DNA from: a phage
Reading direction: 5' to 3' (one strand)
Length of the DNA stretch: 51,099 nt
Sequence record: NC_129764.1
The translations under genes and the position numbers were made by a program. Below, piece after piece: positions 17,169-26,076 of the stretch. The notes under the pieces are model-generated. The model was not told where the DNA came from, did not search any database, and saw only the letters and a list, made by a program, of their open reading frames with translations. Numbering within the stretch: position 1 is the stretch's first letter; the number at the start of each line of letters is the position of its first letter.

Positions 17169-17183
17169 ATTGGAGAAATCAAA

Positions 17184-17474
17184 ATGGCTAAAGAAAAAAC
17201 TGTTGTTATCGTAAACGTTGGTGTAGCGCTTCAGATGTTCCGTCTTGAAGATGGCTCATTCGCAAAGGTTCTCCCGGATGAAGAGGTGACACTCCCAGCA
17301 TCCGCACTTGAATTGCCCGGGCTGCGTTGCTTGATTGCTCGCGAAGAAATCGAAGTAAAAGACGACAGTGCCACCAACCGGGAAATCCGCGCAGAGATGG
17401 CTAAACTTAAAAAACCTGATCCGTGGGATAAGATGAGCGTAAAAGAGCTTGAAGACGGCGGCGAATACTATTAA
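17184..17474 (+). CDS. hypothetical head-associated protein (96 aa)
   Basis: ORF with RBS ggagaaatcaaaATG. Confidence 0.5.
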   Translation: MAKEKTVVIVNVGVALQMFRLEDGSFAKVLPDEEVTLPASALELPGLRCLIAREEIEVKDDSATNREIRAEMAKLKKPDPWDKMSVKELEDGGEYY

Positions 17475-17481
17475 TCAACAA

Positions 17482-17504
17482 GGCGCTTAATGCGCCTTTT
17501 TTTT
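17482..17504 (+). terminator. intrinsic terminator
   Basis: ggcgcttaatgcgcc stem followed by T8. Confidence 0.7.
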
Positions 17505-17517
17505 ATAGGTGGAAATT

Positions 17518-17931
17518 ATGGATCAAGAAACATTAAACAAAGTGGTCGAGCAAATGAGAAAGCTGGTTCCGGCACTTCGCAAGGTTCCAGACGAAACGCT
17601 TTATGCATGGGTAGAAATGGCTGAGCTATTTGTATGCCAGAAGACCTTTAAAGATGCATACGTCAAGGCGCTTGCTCTTTATGCATTGCACCTTGCTTTC
17701 CTTGATGGGGCGCTAAAAGGTGAAGATGAGGATCTTGAATCGTACTCACGACGCGTTACGTCATTCTCCCTGAGCGGTGAATTTAGCCAGACTTTTGGAG
17801 AGGTGACGAAGAACCAGTCAGAGAACATGATGCTTTCGACGCCGTGGGGTAAGATGTTCGAACAGCTTAAAGTGCGACGCCGTGGTCGATTCGCATTAAT
17901 GACAGGACTCCGTGGAGGATGCCACCAATGA
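17518..17931 (+). CDS. head completion / head-tail connector protein (137 aa)
   Basis: Synteny; ATG with RBS aggtgg. Confidence 0.5.
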   Translation: MDQETLNKVVEQMRKLVPALRKVPDETLYAWVEMAELFVCQKTFKDAYVKALALYALHLAFLDGALKGEDEDLESYSRRVTSFSLSGEFSQTFGEVTKNQSENMMLSTPWGKMFEQLKVRRRGRFALMTGLRGGCHQ

Positions 17932-18299
17932 ACTACTCACAGATCGAAAGGATGGCTCGCAAAGGCGTGGCTTTCTTCACCGATGCATCAAGACCTATGA
18001 ACCTGATAAAGCAAGGTGAATACGGATATGATGAAAACGGATTCGAGATCCCACCGATGGAACAGGTTATTCCAATATCCGGCGCGACGCGAAGACCGAA
18101 CGCGCGTGAGATTGACGGGGAGACTATCCGCGCCTCAGACCTTTTGGGGATCTTCAATAACGACCATGAAATAAACGAAGGTGACTATATAGAGATTGAC
18201 GGCGTTCGTCATGTTGTCGTTGATGCTCGCCCGGTTCAGGCGTCACTGAAACCAGTCGCCTATCGCCCAGTATTGCGGAGGGTATCAGTAGGTGGCTAA
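17919..18299 (+). CDS. head-tail joining protein (126 aa)
   Basis: Synteny; overlapping start. Confidence 0.5.
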   Translation: MPPMNYSQIERMARKGVAFFTDASRPMNLIKQGEYGYDENGFEIPPMEQVIPISGATRRPNAREIDGETIRASDLLGIFNNDHEINEGDYIEIDGVRHVVVDARPVQASLKPVAYRPVLRRVSVGG

Positions 18300-18735
18300 T
18301 TATCAGATTCGTAGATTTCAAGGTGAGATTGATGCGTGGATTAAGGCCGCTGAAAGCACGTTAGAACATTCCATTGAGATATTTGTAAGGGATGTTCACG
18401 ACGCGCTCGTTAGCCGTTCTCCCGTCGACACGGGGCGCTTTAAGGGTAACTGGCAGATAACTTTTAACGAAATCCCTAACTACGCATTAAATCGATACGA
18501 TAAAACTGGCGGCGTCGTCCGTAGTGAGGAGCAAGCCAAAACTTATGGCATGTTCAGCCGTGGGGGCGCGATAACATCCGTTCACTTCTCAAACATGTTG
18601 ATTTATGCAAACTCTCTTGAGTACGGTCATTCACAACAAGCACCAAACGGCGTCGTCGGGCTGGTTGCATTGAGATTGCGATCGTATATGGCAGACGCAA
18701 TAAAGCAAGCAAGGAGACAACAAAATGCACTATGA
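18292..18735 (+). CDS. tail completion protein (147 aa), GTG start
   Basis: Synteny. Confidence 0.5.
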   Translation: MANYQIRRFQGEIDAWIKAAESTLEHSIEIFVRDVHDALVSRSPVDTGRFKGNWQITFNEIPNYALNRYDKTGGVVRSEEQAKTYGMFSRGGAITSVHFSNMLIYANSLEYGHSQQAPNGVVGLVALRLRSYMADAIKQARRQQNAL

Positions 18736-19123
18736 GTTATCAGCGGCGGCGCGAGCCGCCTTTCTGTCGAAGTATAGAGACTTTCCTCACTACATGGAAA
18801 ACAGGAACTTTACACCACCGAAGGATGGCGGCATGTGGCTAAGGTTCAACTACATTGAAGGGGATACGCTTTATCTATCAATTGACAGAAAGTGTAAATC
18901 TTACATTGCAATAGTTCAGATCGGAGTTGTGTTCCCTCCTGGTTCCGGCGTTGATGAGGCAAGATTGAAAGCAAAAGAGATTGCTGATTTTTTCAAAGAT
19001 GGTAAAATGCTTAACGTTGGTTATATTTTCGAAGGTGCAATCGTGCATCAAATTGTTAAACACGAAAGCGGATGGATGATTCCGGTTCGCTTTACAGTAC
19101 GAGTAGATACAAAGGAGACTTAA
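18725..19123 (+). CDS. tail terminator-like protein (132 aa)
   Basis: Synteny directly upstream of major tail gene. Confidence 0.5.
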   Translation: MHYELSAAARAAFLSKYRDFPHYMENRNFTPPKDGGMWLRFNYIEGDTLYLSIDRKCKSYIAIVQIGVVFPPGSGVDEARLKAKEIADFFKDGKMLNVGYIFEGAIVHQIVKHESGWMIPVRFTVRVDTKET

Positions 19124-19124
19124 T

Positions 19125-19793
19125 ATGCACTTACCAAATGGCGCGCAAATTTTCGTGGAAACCTCTCGCGGAGAAGAGATCGAGGCGACCGCTGTCACTA
19201 ACGCAAAAAATCCTGTTGCTACAGTTGCATCTAAGGGCGACTTGGCAAAAGGTGATTACGTTATTGTAACTCAGTCAACTTGGGCTAAGATGGTTAGTCG
19301 AGTACTTATTGTTACCGATGCTCAGGAAACAAGCATTACTCTTGCTGGAATTGACACTACTGATACTCTTGTTTTCCCGGCTGGCGGTACGATGAGCTTT
19401 GCAAAAGTTACTGGCTGGACTGAGATTCCTTGCGTACAGGAGATTGGTCAGGACGGCGGTGAGCAGCAGTACTACACTTATCAGTGTTTGTCAGACGATA
19501 AAGAGCAGCAGATCCCGACGTTTAAATCTGCAATCTCGCTAACTTACACCTTCGCGCACGAATTTGATAACCCGATCTACCCTATTCTGCGTAAGCTGGA
19601 TTCTTCTGGTCAGGTAACTGCGGTTCGTATGTATGTTCCAAAAGCGAACGAGATGCGCATGTGGGCTGGCATCTTGTCTTTTAACGACATTCCGTCTACG
19701 CAAGTAAACGAAATGGAAACGGTACAACTAGCCGTATCCCTGAAGGGTGATTTCACTTTCGTTTCATCCTCTCTGGCATCACCTGGTGCCTAA
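19125..19793 (+). CDS. major tail protein (222 aa)
   Basis: Position before chaperone and tape measure; followed by terminator. Confidence 0.6.
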   Translation: MHLPNGAQIFVETSRGEEIEATAVTNAKNPVATVASKGDLAKGDYVIVTQSTWAKMVSRVLIVTDAQETSITLAGIDTTDTLVFPAGGTMSFAKVTGWTEIPCVQEIGQDGGEQQYYTYQCLSDDKEQQIPTFKSAISLTYTFAHEFDNPIYPILRKLDSSGQVTAVRMYVPKANEMRMWAGILSFNDIPSTQVNEMETVQLAVSLKGDFTFVSSSLASPGA

Positions 19794-19805
19794 ATCATAT
19801 CCACA

Positions 19806-19826
19806 GGGGGCTTGCGCCCCCTTATT
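19806..19826 (+). terminator. intrinsic terminator
   Basis: gggggcttgcgccccc stem followed by ttatt. Confidence 0.6.
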
Positions 19827-19866
19827 CATTTCTGTAAAATCATCGTATCAACTTTTCACTATTCTC

Positions 19867-19886
19867 TTTTAACAAAAAGTGCTATT
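19867..19886 (-). promoter_or_regulatory. dyad motif copy, reversed (plus strand TTTTAACAAAAAGTGCTATT)
   Basis: Sequence match directly abutting the RBS aaccaatcaggag of the tail chaperone gene. Confidence 0.55.
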
Positions 19887-19906
19887 AACCAATCAGGAGA
19901 AATATC

Positions 19907-20224
19907 ATGGCTAAATTTAATTTCGTTCTTGGTCAACTTCCAGACTTCAAACTTCCAGTCACCTTCACCATGCCTAACGGTGAAGATGCAACGATCATTT
20001 TCACTGTACGCCACCTTTCCAGTAAAGAAGTTCAGGATATGTATGCCAACCAGGGAGAAATGAACGATAGCGAGTTCATTACCAAGATCGCGTCAGGATG
20101 GAACCTTGAAGAAGAATTTAACGAAGAAAATGCGCGAAAACTGGTTCAGTATTATCCTTCAGCAGCGTACAATCTGACAGCGACTTACATCAAGGCTCTC
20201 GCCGGACACCGCGCAAAAAACTAA
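19907..20224 (+). CDS. tail assembly chaperone (G-like, 105 aa)
   Basis: Position between major tail and tape measure; ends at slippery site. Confidence 0.65.
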   Translation: MAKFNFVLGQLPDFKLPVTFTMPNGEDATIIFTVRHLSSKEVQDMYANQGEMNDSEFITKIASGWNLEEEFNEENARKLVQYYPSAAYNLTATYIKALAGHRAKN

Positions 20225-20541
20225 AAAGGGCGGTCTATCTGTTATATCAGAAGCCGCCAACAGAGGAACAATTGCGATCGGTTGGCTTAAGTCTTTCCGA
20301 CTATGAAGACGAGGAGCCTGAAACGATAATTGGCGACGCTGAAATGGTGAAGGCTTGGAATGTTTTTACATCAATGCTCACCCAGTGGAGAAGTTCAGGC
20401 GCTGGCGCTTACGGTCTTGATTATAATGTTTTGCCTATGTTGTTTAAAATCTATAAAATAGAAGATGAAGAACTGGCATTGCAGGACGTTAGGATCATGG
20501 AAGCGAAAGCGCTTGAAATGATTGCTAAGCAGAATAACTAA
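19907..20541 (+). CDS. tail assembly chaperone -1 frameshift fusion product (GT-like)
   Basis: The -1 frame is open from 20110 to 20541 and overlaps the G-like ORF; heptamer A_AAA_AAC at 20215-20221. Confidence 0.5.
20215..20221 (+). other. putative -1 programmed ribosomal frameshift slippery heptamer AAAAAAC
   Basis: X_XXY_YYZ pattern in zero frame just before the G-like stop; conserved strategy in tailed phages. Confidence 0.5.
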
Positions 20542-20542
20542 G

Positions 20543-20563
20543 CCGCCGTTTGGCGGTTTTTTT
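20543..20563 (+). terminator. weak intrinsic terminator
   Basis: ccgcc-gttt-ggcgg stem followed by T7. Confidence 0.5.
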
Positions 20564-20580
20564 GTATATAAGGGGGTTAT

Positions 20581-23454
20581 ATGGTTGATAAGGTAGCAGG
20601 TCTATCGCTTGACGTTGATGTGTCGACAGTACAGCGCGCCGTCAAGTCATTGAAAGAGTTTTCAAAAGCTAACGACCAAGCCGCTGACTCTATGGGGTCT
20701 TTAATCAATGAGGCCGAGGTTGCAAAACAGAAGGCTAAAGAACACGCTGAGCAACTTAAGCGCCAGCGCAAAGAGTACGAGGCTGTAGAAAAGGCAATCG
20801 ATCCTACAGTATCAAAAATGGAAAGGCTGAAGATTGCATCTCAGCAGCTTGATAAACTCTGGCAAAAGGGCATTGTTCCAGATGAAACATTTTTCCGTTT
20901 GGGTGAAATGCTGGACATGCAAAATGCAAAACTTGCTCGCAGCCGGGCCATGCTTACTGAAGAGGGGCAGGCAGCATTGCAGGAAGCGAAAGCAAAAGAG
21001 CAGGCAGCAGCGAAAAACAAAGCGTTCATGGATTCCCTTAACAGTCAGGTTAACGCTATTGGCAAAACTCACGCAGAGTTAATGGAACTGAAAGCGGCTC
21101 AGCTTGGGCTATCAAATGAAGCAGCGCCACTGATCGCAAAACTGAAAGAGCAGGGTCGAGCCATGAATGCCGCAGGTATTAGCGCGGGGCAATATAGGCA
21201 GGCAATGCGAATGCTTCCTGCACAGATTACCGACGTCGTTACATCTCTTGCGTCCGGTATGCCAGTTTGGATGGTTGCCATCCAGCAAGGCGGTCAAATT
21301 AAGGACTCGTTCGGAGGGATCGGGAATACGTTTAAGGTATTGCTCAGCTATATTAATCCGGTCACAGTTGGCGTTGGTGTTCTTGTCGGCTCTTTAGGAC
21401 TTCTTGCGAAAGCTGGTTATGACTCTTACAAGTCAATAACTGATATGCAGAAGGCTCTTGTTGAGACTGGAGGTTACGCAGGAGTCACGGCTGAAGAACT
21501 TGATTCTGTTGCTAAAAAGGTGGCTCAGACGAGCAACTCAACAATTTCAAGCATTCGTGAGATTGTTACTGAACTTGCCAGTACGGGGAAGTATACGCGA
21601 GAGCAGATTCAGAACATCACAAAGGCTACCGCTGAGTGGTCGACAGCAACCGGAAAATCAGCAAGTAAAATCATCGCTGAGTTCGATAAAATCGCAAGCG
21701 ATCCTGTAAAGGGTCTGGCTAAACTTAACGAGCAATACAACTTTTTAGAAAAAGGTCAACTGACATATATCGATACGCTAAGCCGTACTAAGGGTGAAAC
21801 GGAGGCAGTGTCTGAAGCAACAAAATTATTCGCCGAAGTTATGGAGAAGCGAATGAAGTCGATCGCAGACAATGCCACTCCTCTTGAAAAAATGTGGAAC
21901 GATATTAAGCAGTGGGCCTCTGATGCGTGGGGGTGGGTTGGGGATCATACTCTCGGAGCATTAAACCTGATTATTGACGTAGTTCAGGGTACGGTAATTC
22001 AGGTAAAAATGATTCTGGCGAAGGGCGATGAGTACATCTCAAACTTTATAGCCTCTGCAATTAAGGCTACGCAGTCTCTGCCTGGAATGAGTGATTTCGG
22101 CGCTGATGTACTAAAGGAACAGGAGAATATTGTAAAAAGTTCTCGTGACAACTACGATCAGTTAGCTTCAGAGCTTGATGCCATCAACGCCCGTGTTGAA
22201 AAAGGTGAGATGGGATACATTGAAGCAATGAAGCAGCGCCGTACTCTTGAAAAGCAGTATAGCCAGGAAACTAAGGACGCTATCAAGGAAGAAGCTGAAG
22301 AGATCGAAAAGCGAAACCGTGAACGAAATAAGCAGTCGAAAATTTTACGCTCACCTACAGAGCAATTCGATAAGGAGTTAATTTCACTCAAAGCACAGCT
22401 TAAGGTTTTGCAGGAGCACAAGGAGATAGGGCAAAAACTATCAGCACAGAGAAAGGCGCTGTTTACGACTGAGGCTACAATTGCCGTTCTTAGAGAAGCT
22501 AGTTCTAAGCGTCAGTTATCTGCGGAAGAAAAAGCACTACTTGCAAACCAGGAGAAAGTTTTAGAGCTTGCGAAACAAAAGGCCGAGATTGGCGATCAGA
22601 TTGTTAAGCAGCAGCAGTTGAACGCTCTTACTGATAAATCACTGAAGTTTGTCAATGATTTGACGGCAGCTACAGAGCAGCTAAACGCGTCTCGCGGGAT
22701 GAGCACCCGAGAAATGGAGCGACAAGCGGAGTTGGCTAAGATCACCACTGACTATATTAATGCGGGTGGCAGCGAAGGGGATGAAAAACTCCAGAACATG
22801 ATCAAGGCGCAAAATGATTACTATGCTGCGGAAGATGCCAAGCGTGCTGACTGGTTGGCAGGTGCTGAAAGCGCATTTGCAGATTACGGCGATTCCGCAA
22901 TGGATATGTATGGTAACGTATATGATATAGCGTCAAGTTCACTTAACGGAATGAGTGATATGATGACCCAATTCCTGACTACAGGTAAGGCAAACTTTGA
23001 GGACTTTGCGAAAAACATCATTAGCATGATTATAAAGATGATTGCTCAGATGGTAATCTTCAATACGATCTCAGGCATGATGGGCGGTAAGACGTGGAGC
23101 TTTGCTGGAGTGGCGTCGTCTGGTGCTTCTGTGGCATCACAGGCAACCCCTACGCCTGCCGCCTCCGGTTTTAGGTCTTTATCATCGGGCGTTGCTGTTA
23201 CCTCGCTTGCTGCCGCGGCTGGTAGTGTGGCAACATCTGGATTTAACGCATCTAAAGCAGCGCCGAAGGCAGTAAACCAATCAGCAGGTGGGACGGTCGT
23301 TGACGTTAGGGGCATGGAGGTTAAAGTTGACAATGGTTCAGATCCGAGAGGAATTTCTCAGGGCGTAGAGATGATGTTCAAAAAAATGATTCGCGAATCT
23401 TGTTCTCAGGGCGGTGAGGTTTACAATTACATTCAGGAAAAAACAGGAGGCTAA
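20581..23454 (+). CDS. tail tape measure protein (957 aa)
   Basis: Very long alpha-helical, coiled-coil-rich ORF with Gly/Ser/Ala-rich C-terminal region. Confidence 0.9.
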   Translation: MVDKVAGLSLDVDVSTVQRAVKSLKEFSKANDQAADSMGSLINEAEVAKQKAKEHAEQLKRQRKEYEAVEKAIDPTVSKMERLKIASQQLDKLWQKGIVPDETFFRLGEMLDMQNAKLARSRAMLTEEGQAALQEAKAKEQAAAKNKAFMDSLNSQVNAIGKTHAELMELKAAQLGLSNEAAPLIAKLKEQGRAMNAAGISAGQYRQAMRMLPAQITDVVTSLASGMPVWMVAIQQGGQIKDSFGGIGNTFKVLLSYINPVTVGVGVLVGSLGLLAKAGYDSYKSITDMQKALVETGGYAGVTAEELDSVAKKVAQTSNSTISSIREIVTELASTGKYTREQIQNITKATAEWSTATGKSASKIIAEFDKIASDPVKGLAKLNEQYNFLEKGQLTYIDTLSRTKGETEAVSEATKLFAEVMEKRMKSIADNATPLEKMWNDIKQWASDAWGWVGDHTLGALNLIIDVVQGTVIQVKMILAKGDEYISNFIASAIKATQSLPGMSDFGADVLKEQENIVKSSRDNYDQLASELDAINARVEKGEMGYIEAMKQRRTLEKQYSQETKDAIKEEAEEIEKRNRERNKQSKILRSPTEQFDKELISLKAQLKVLQEHKEIGQKLSAQRKALFTTEATIAVLREASSKRQLSAEEKALLANQEKVLELAKQKAEIGDQIVKQQQLNALTDKSLKFVNDLTAATEQLNASRGMSTREMERQAELAKITTDYINAGGSEGDEKLQNMIKAQNDYYAAEDAKRADWLAGAESAFADYGDSAMDMYGNVYDIASSSLNGMSDMMTQFLTTGKANFEDFAKNIISMIIKMIAQMVIFNTISGMMGGKTWSFAGVASSGASVASQATPTPAASGFRSLSSGVAVTSLAAAAGSVATSGFNASKAAPKAVNQSAGGTVVDVRGMEVKVDNGSDPRGISQGVEMMFKKMIRESCSQGGEVYNYIQEKTGG

Positions 23455-23456
23455 TA

Positions 23457-23810
23457 ATGGCGGCACTTGATACTTTTAGTTGGTGTACGCAGGTTCAAGG
23501 GGGCGGCGGCTCCCTCACCACTACCAACAATGACAGATCCATACAGTTTGGCAACGGCTACATGCAGCTTGCATCTTCTGGATTTAACACCACGAGACGC
23601 GAGTATTCGGTTGTCTACGCTGGTGATGATTTCATGGCTGTTTACAACTTCTGTGATTCTCATCGAATTAAACCTTTCGCATGGACACCTCCAGACGGGA
23701 AGATCGGGGTATGGGTAGTTAAGCCAAATAGTTTGGGAGCGAAACCTGTATCACGGGACGTGATGGAAATTAACGTAACGTTTATGGAGCAGTTTACATC
23801 TATGCAATAG
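23457..23810 (+). CDS. minor tail protein (M-like, 117 aa)
   Basis: Synteny after tape measure. Confidence 0.65.
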   Translation: MAALDTFSWCTQVQGGGGSLTTTNNDRSIQFGNGYMQLASSGFNTTRREYSVVYAGDDFMAVYNFCDSHRIKPFAWTPPDGKIGVWVVKPNSLGAKPVSRDVMEINVTFMEQFTSMQ

Positions 23811-23826
23811 CACTTAGTGACAAAAG
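23806..23826 (+). promoter_or_regulatory. dyad motif variant AATAGCACTTAGTGACAAAAG
   Basis: Partial match; stop TAG embedded. Confidence 0.4.
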
Positions 23827-23848
23827 CCCGCCTTGCGCGGGTTTTTTT
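23826..23848 (+). terminator. intrinsic terminator (cccgccttgcgcggg family)
   Basis: Perfect stem followed by T7; followed by TAGAATGG. Confidence 0.7.
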
Positions 23849-23889
23849 GTAGCTGTAGAATGGTTGCAACTAAACAAGAGGAAAAGAAA

Positions 23890-24672
23890 ATGAGCGGAAA
23901 CAAAAAACTTTATGATGAAGAAAGCGGAAAGAGCCTGTTTCATAACTGCCTTCAGTCACTGTATCCAGGGGAGATAATCACCCTTATTGAAGTTGATGGT
24001 AGCAAGTTCGGCGCTCAGGTGTATCGATTCCACGGAGAGAACATCCAGTACACTCCAGAGGAAATCATGCAGGCCCAGCAAACTGGAACGCTGCCGCCGA
24101 AAGAAATTACATTCCGTGGCGAGCAATACGGAGCGCGACCGTTCGGTATATCCGGGATCTCGTTCGACAGTTCCGGTAAGGCCACAAAACCACAGTTGAC
24201 GGTGGCGAACATTGATAGCCGAGTATCTGCAATGATTCGATCATATAACGGATTGATGCAAGCTAAGGTGACAATCTGGATCACTCAAAAGGACTTAATT
24301 CAACCTGACGGCTCAATAGCTGACGGCGCTTACCGCAAACTGGTATACTATATCGAACGCCCGAGCTATGTCGATAAGAGCGTCGCCCGATTCGATCTCA
24401 CGTCGCCGTATGATATGGATGGCATCATGATCCCGTCTCGACTAACGCAAAGCGTTTGCTATTGGGCGCAGCGGGGATGGTATAAAACCGGGAAAGGCTG
24501 CGGATACAACGGGCAAAACGGTTATTTTGACAAAGACAACAACAAGGTAGGCGATCCATCCCTAGACTTCTGCCCTGGAACGGTAACTGCGTGCCGACTT
24601 AGATTTGGTGCAAATAATGAATTGGATTTTGGCGGTTGTGCTGTCGCTTCACTACAGAGGAAAAATCAATGA
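23890..24672 (+). CDS. minor tail protein (L-like, 260 aa)
   Basis: Synteny; C-terminal Cys cluster (CYWAQ...GKGCGY...DFCPG...TACR). Confidence 0.7.
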   Translation: MSGNKKLYDEESGKSLFHNCLQSLYPGEIITLIEVDGSKFGAQVYRFHGENIQYTPEEIMQAQQTGTLPPKEITFRGEQYGARPFGISGISFDSSGKATKPQLTVANIDSRVSAMIRSYNGLMQAKVTIWITQKDLIQPDGSIADGAYRKLVYYIERPSYVDKSVARFDLTSPYDMDGIMIPSRLTQSVCYWAQRGWYKTGKGCGYNGQNGYFDKDNNKVGDPSLDFCPGTVTACRLRFGANNELDFGGCAVASLQRKNQ

Positions 24673-25403
24673 TTAATGCAAAAATTAAACTTGAAATCAT
24701 GACTCACGCTCAAGAAGAATACCCCCGAGAATGCTGCGGGGTAGTTACCCAAAAAGGACGCGTGCAAAAATACCATCGCATTGATAACGTGCATCGCGAT
24801 CCTGAGAATCATTTCATGATGGACGCAGTGCAATACGCATGTATTGAGGATGACGCAGACTCAACCACGATTGCGATCGTTCACAGCCACACAGGAGACG
24901 GGGCTACAACTCTTCCCAGTGCTCACGACACATGCATGTGCAACGAGATGGAAGTTACCTGGATTATTGTTAGCGTACCGGAAGGAGATATGCGATTTGT
25001 TAAGCCTGAGAAATTACCTCTGATTGGTCGACCGTGGTCGTTAGGCTCATTTGACTGTTACGGTCTAGTAATGGCGTGGCACAAAGAGCACGGCGTAGAG
25101 TTACGCGATCGCCGATTGAATTTTGAATGGTGGAAACCTGAGTACGGAATTAATCTCTATCAGGATTATTACAAGCAAGATGGATTCGTTGAGATTCCAG
25201 ATCAGAACAACCCATCATTCGGGGATATGGTAATCATGCAGATAGGGCAAAATGTTCCGGTATGGAACCACGCAGGGATTTACCTGGGTGATAATCAGAT
25301 CTTGCATCACGCCTTTGGCAAACTTTCGAGACGTGATATCTATTCCGGCTGGTATCAGGATCATACTGTTTTAATTGTTCGCCATAAGGATCTTAAATTA
25401 TGA
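24669..25403 (+). CDS. tail assembly protein (K-like; MPN/JAB plus NlpC/P60-like, 244 aa)
   Basis: ECCGVV and HSHT segments N-terminally; synteny; ATGA overlap start. Confidence 0.75.
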   Translation: MINAKIKLEIMTHAQEEYPRECCGVVTQKGRVQKYHRIDNVHRDPENHFMMDAVQYACIEDDADSTTIAIVHSHTGDGATTLPSAHDTCMCNEMEVTWIIVSVPEGDMRFVKPEKLPLIGRPWSLGSFDCYGLVMAWHKEHGVELRDRRLNFEWWKPEYGINLYQDYYKQDGFVEIPDQNNPSFGDMVIMQIGQNVPVWNHAGIYLGDNQILHHAFGKLSRRDIYSGWYQDHTVLIVRHKDLKL

Positions 25404-25999
25404 ATGATGTAAAAGTAATCAAATTATCCGGTTCACTTGGAAGGCGCTTCGGCGTCTTCCACCGATTCGCTGTTGACTCTTACCCGGAAGCTATCAGGGC
25501 GTTATCCAGTCAGGTAGATGGATTTAAAGAATACATGCAAAGCGAGGTCGGCTCGCGTAGCAAGTTTGCAATATTTGTGGACGGCGTTAACGTAGGCCAC
25601 CATGAAGAGGAAAAATTCAAGTGTGCTAAAGAGATAAGAATCGTCCCGATCCCGACTGGCTCTAAGTCTGGAGGTCTATTCCAGGTAGTATTGGGCGCGG
25701 CAATAATGGTTGCCGCATTCTATACTGGCGGCGCATCTCTGGCGTTAATGGGTACAATGTCATCATCTCTGTTTATGATGGGCGGCGCTATGGTGCTGGG
25801 AGGTGTAATGCAGATGATTTCACCGCAGCCGGGTGGCGCAAATTTTGAGGTTCAGTCCAGTAAAAACAAGCCTTCGTACGCATTCGGCGGTGCTGTCAAT
25901 ACGACGGCAGCGGGATACCCCCTTCCGGTCCCGTATGGATATCGTGCTGGAGGTGGCGCAACATTCTCGGCAGGTTCTTACGCTGAGGATATGAGTTAA
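25400..25999 (+). CDS. tail assembly protein (I-like, 199 aa)
   Basis: Synteny; Gly/Ala-rich hydrophobic C-terminal half. Confidence 0.65.
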   Translation: MNDVKVIKLSGSLGRRFGVFHRFAVDSYPEAIRALSSQVDGFKEYMQSEVGSRSKFAIFVDGVNVGHHEEEKFKCAKEIRIVPIPTGSKSGGLFQVVLGAAIMVAAFYTGGASLALMGTMSSSLFMMGGAMVLGGVMQMISPQPGGANFEVQSSKNKPSYAFGGAVNTTAAGYPLPVPYGYRAGGGATFSAGSYAEDMS

Positions 26000-26005
26000 A
26001 ACCAA

Positions 26006-26028
26006 CCCGCCTTGCGCGGGTTTTTTTT
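26006..26028 (+). terminator. intrinsic terminator (cccgccttgcgcggg family)
   Basis: Same stem as 23827; T8 run; followed by TATAATGG. Confidence 0.7.
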
Positions 26029-26076
26029 CGCCTGTATAATGGGTTAACCGATAAACAGCACAAAAAGGTAAACATC

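Noticed and set aside
20812-21072. Antisense or alternative-frame ORFs inside large genes (for example 20812-21072, 756-1085, 10158-10439, 34063-34314, 48850-49206)
   Set aside because: They overlap well-supported genes on the opposite strand or another frame, lack RBS, and have low-complexity translations; treated as spurious.
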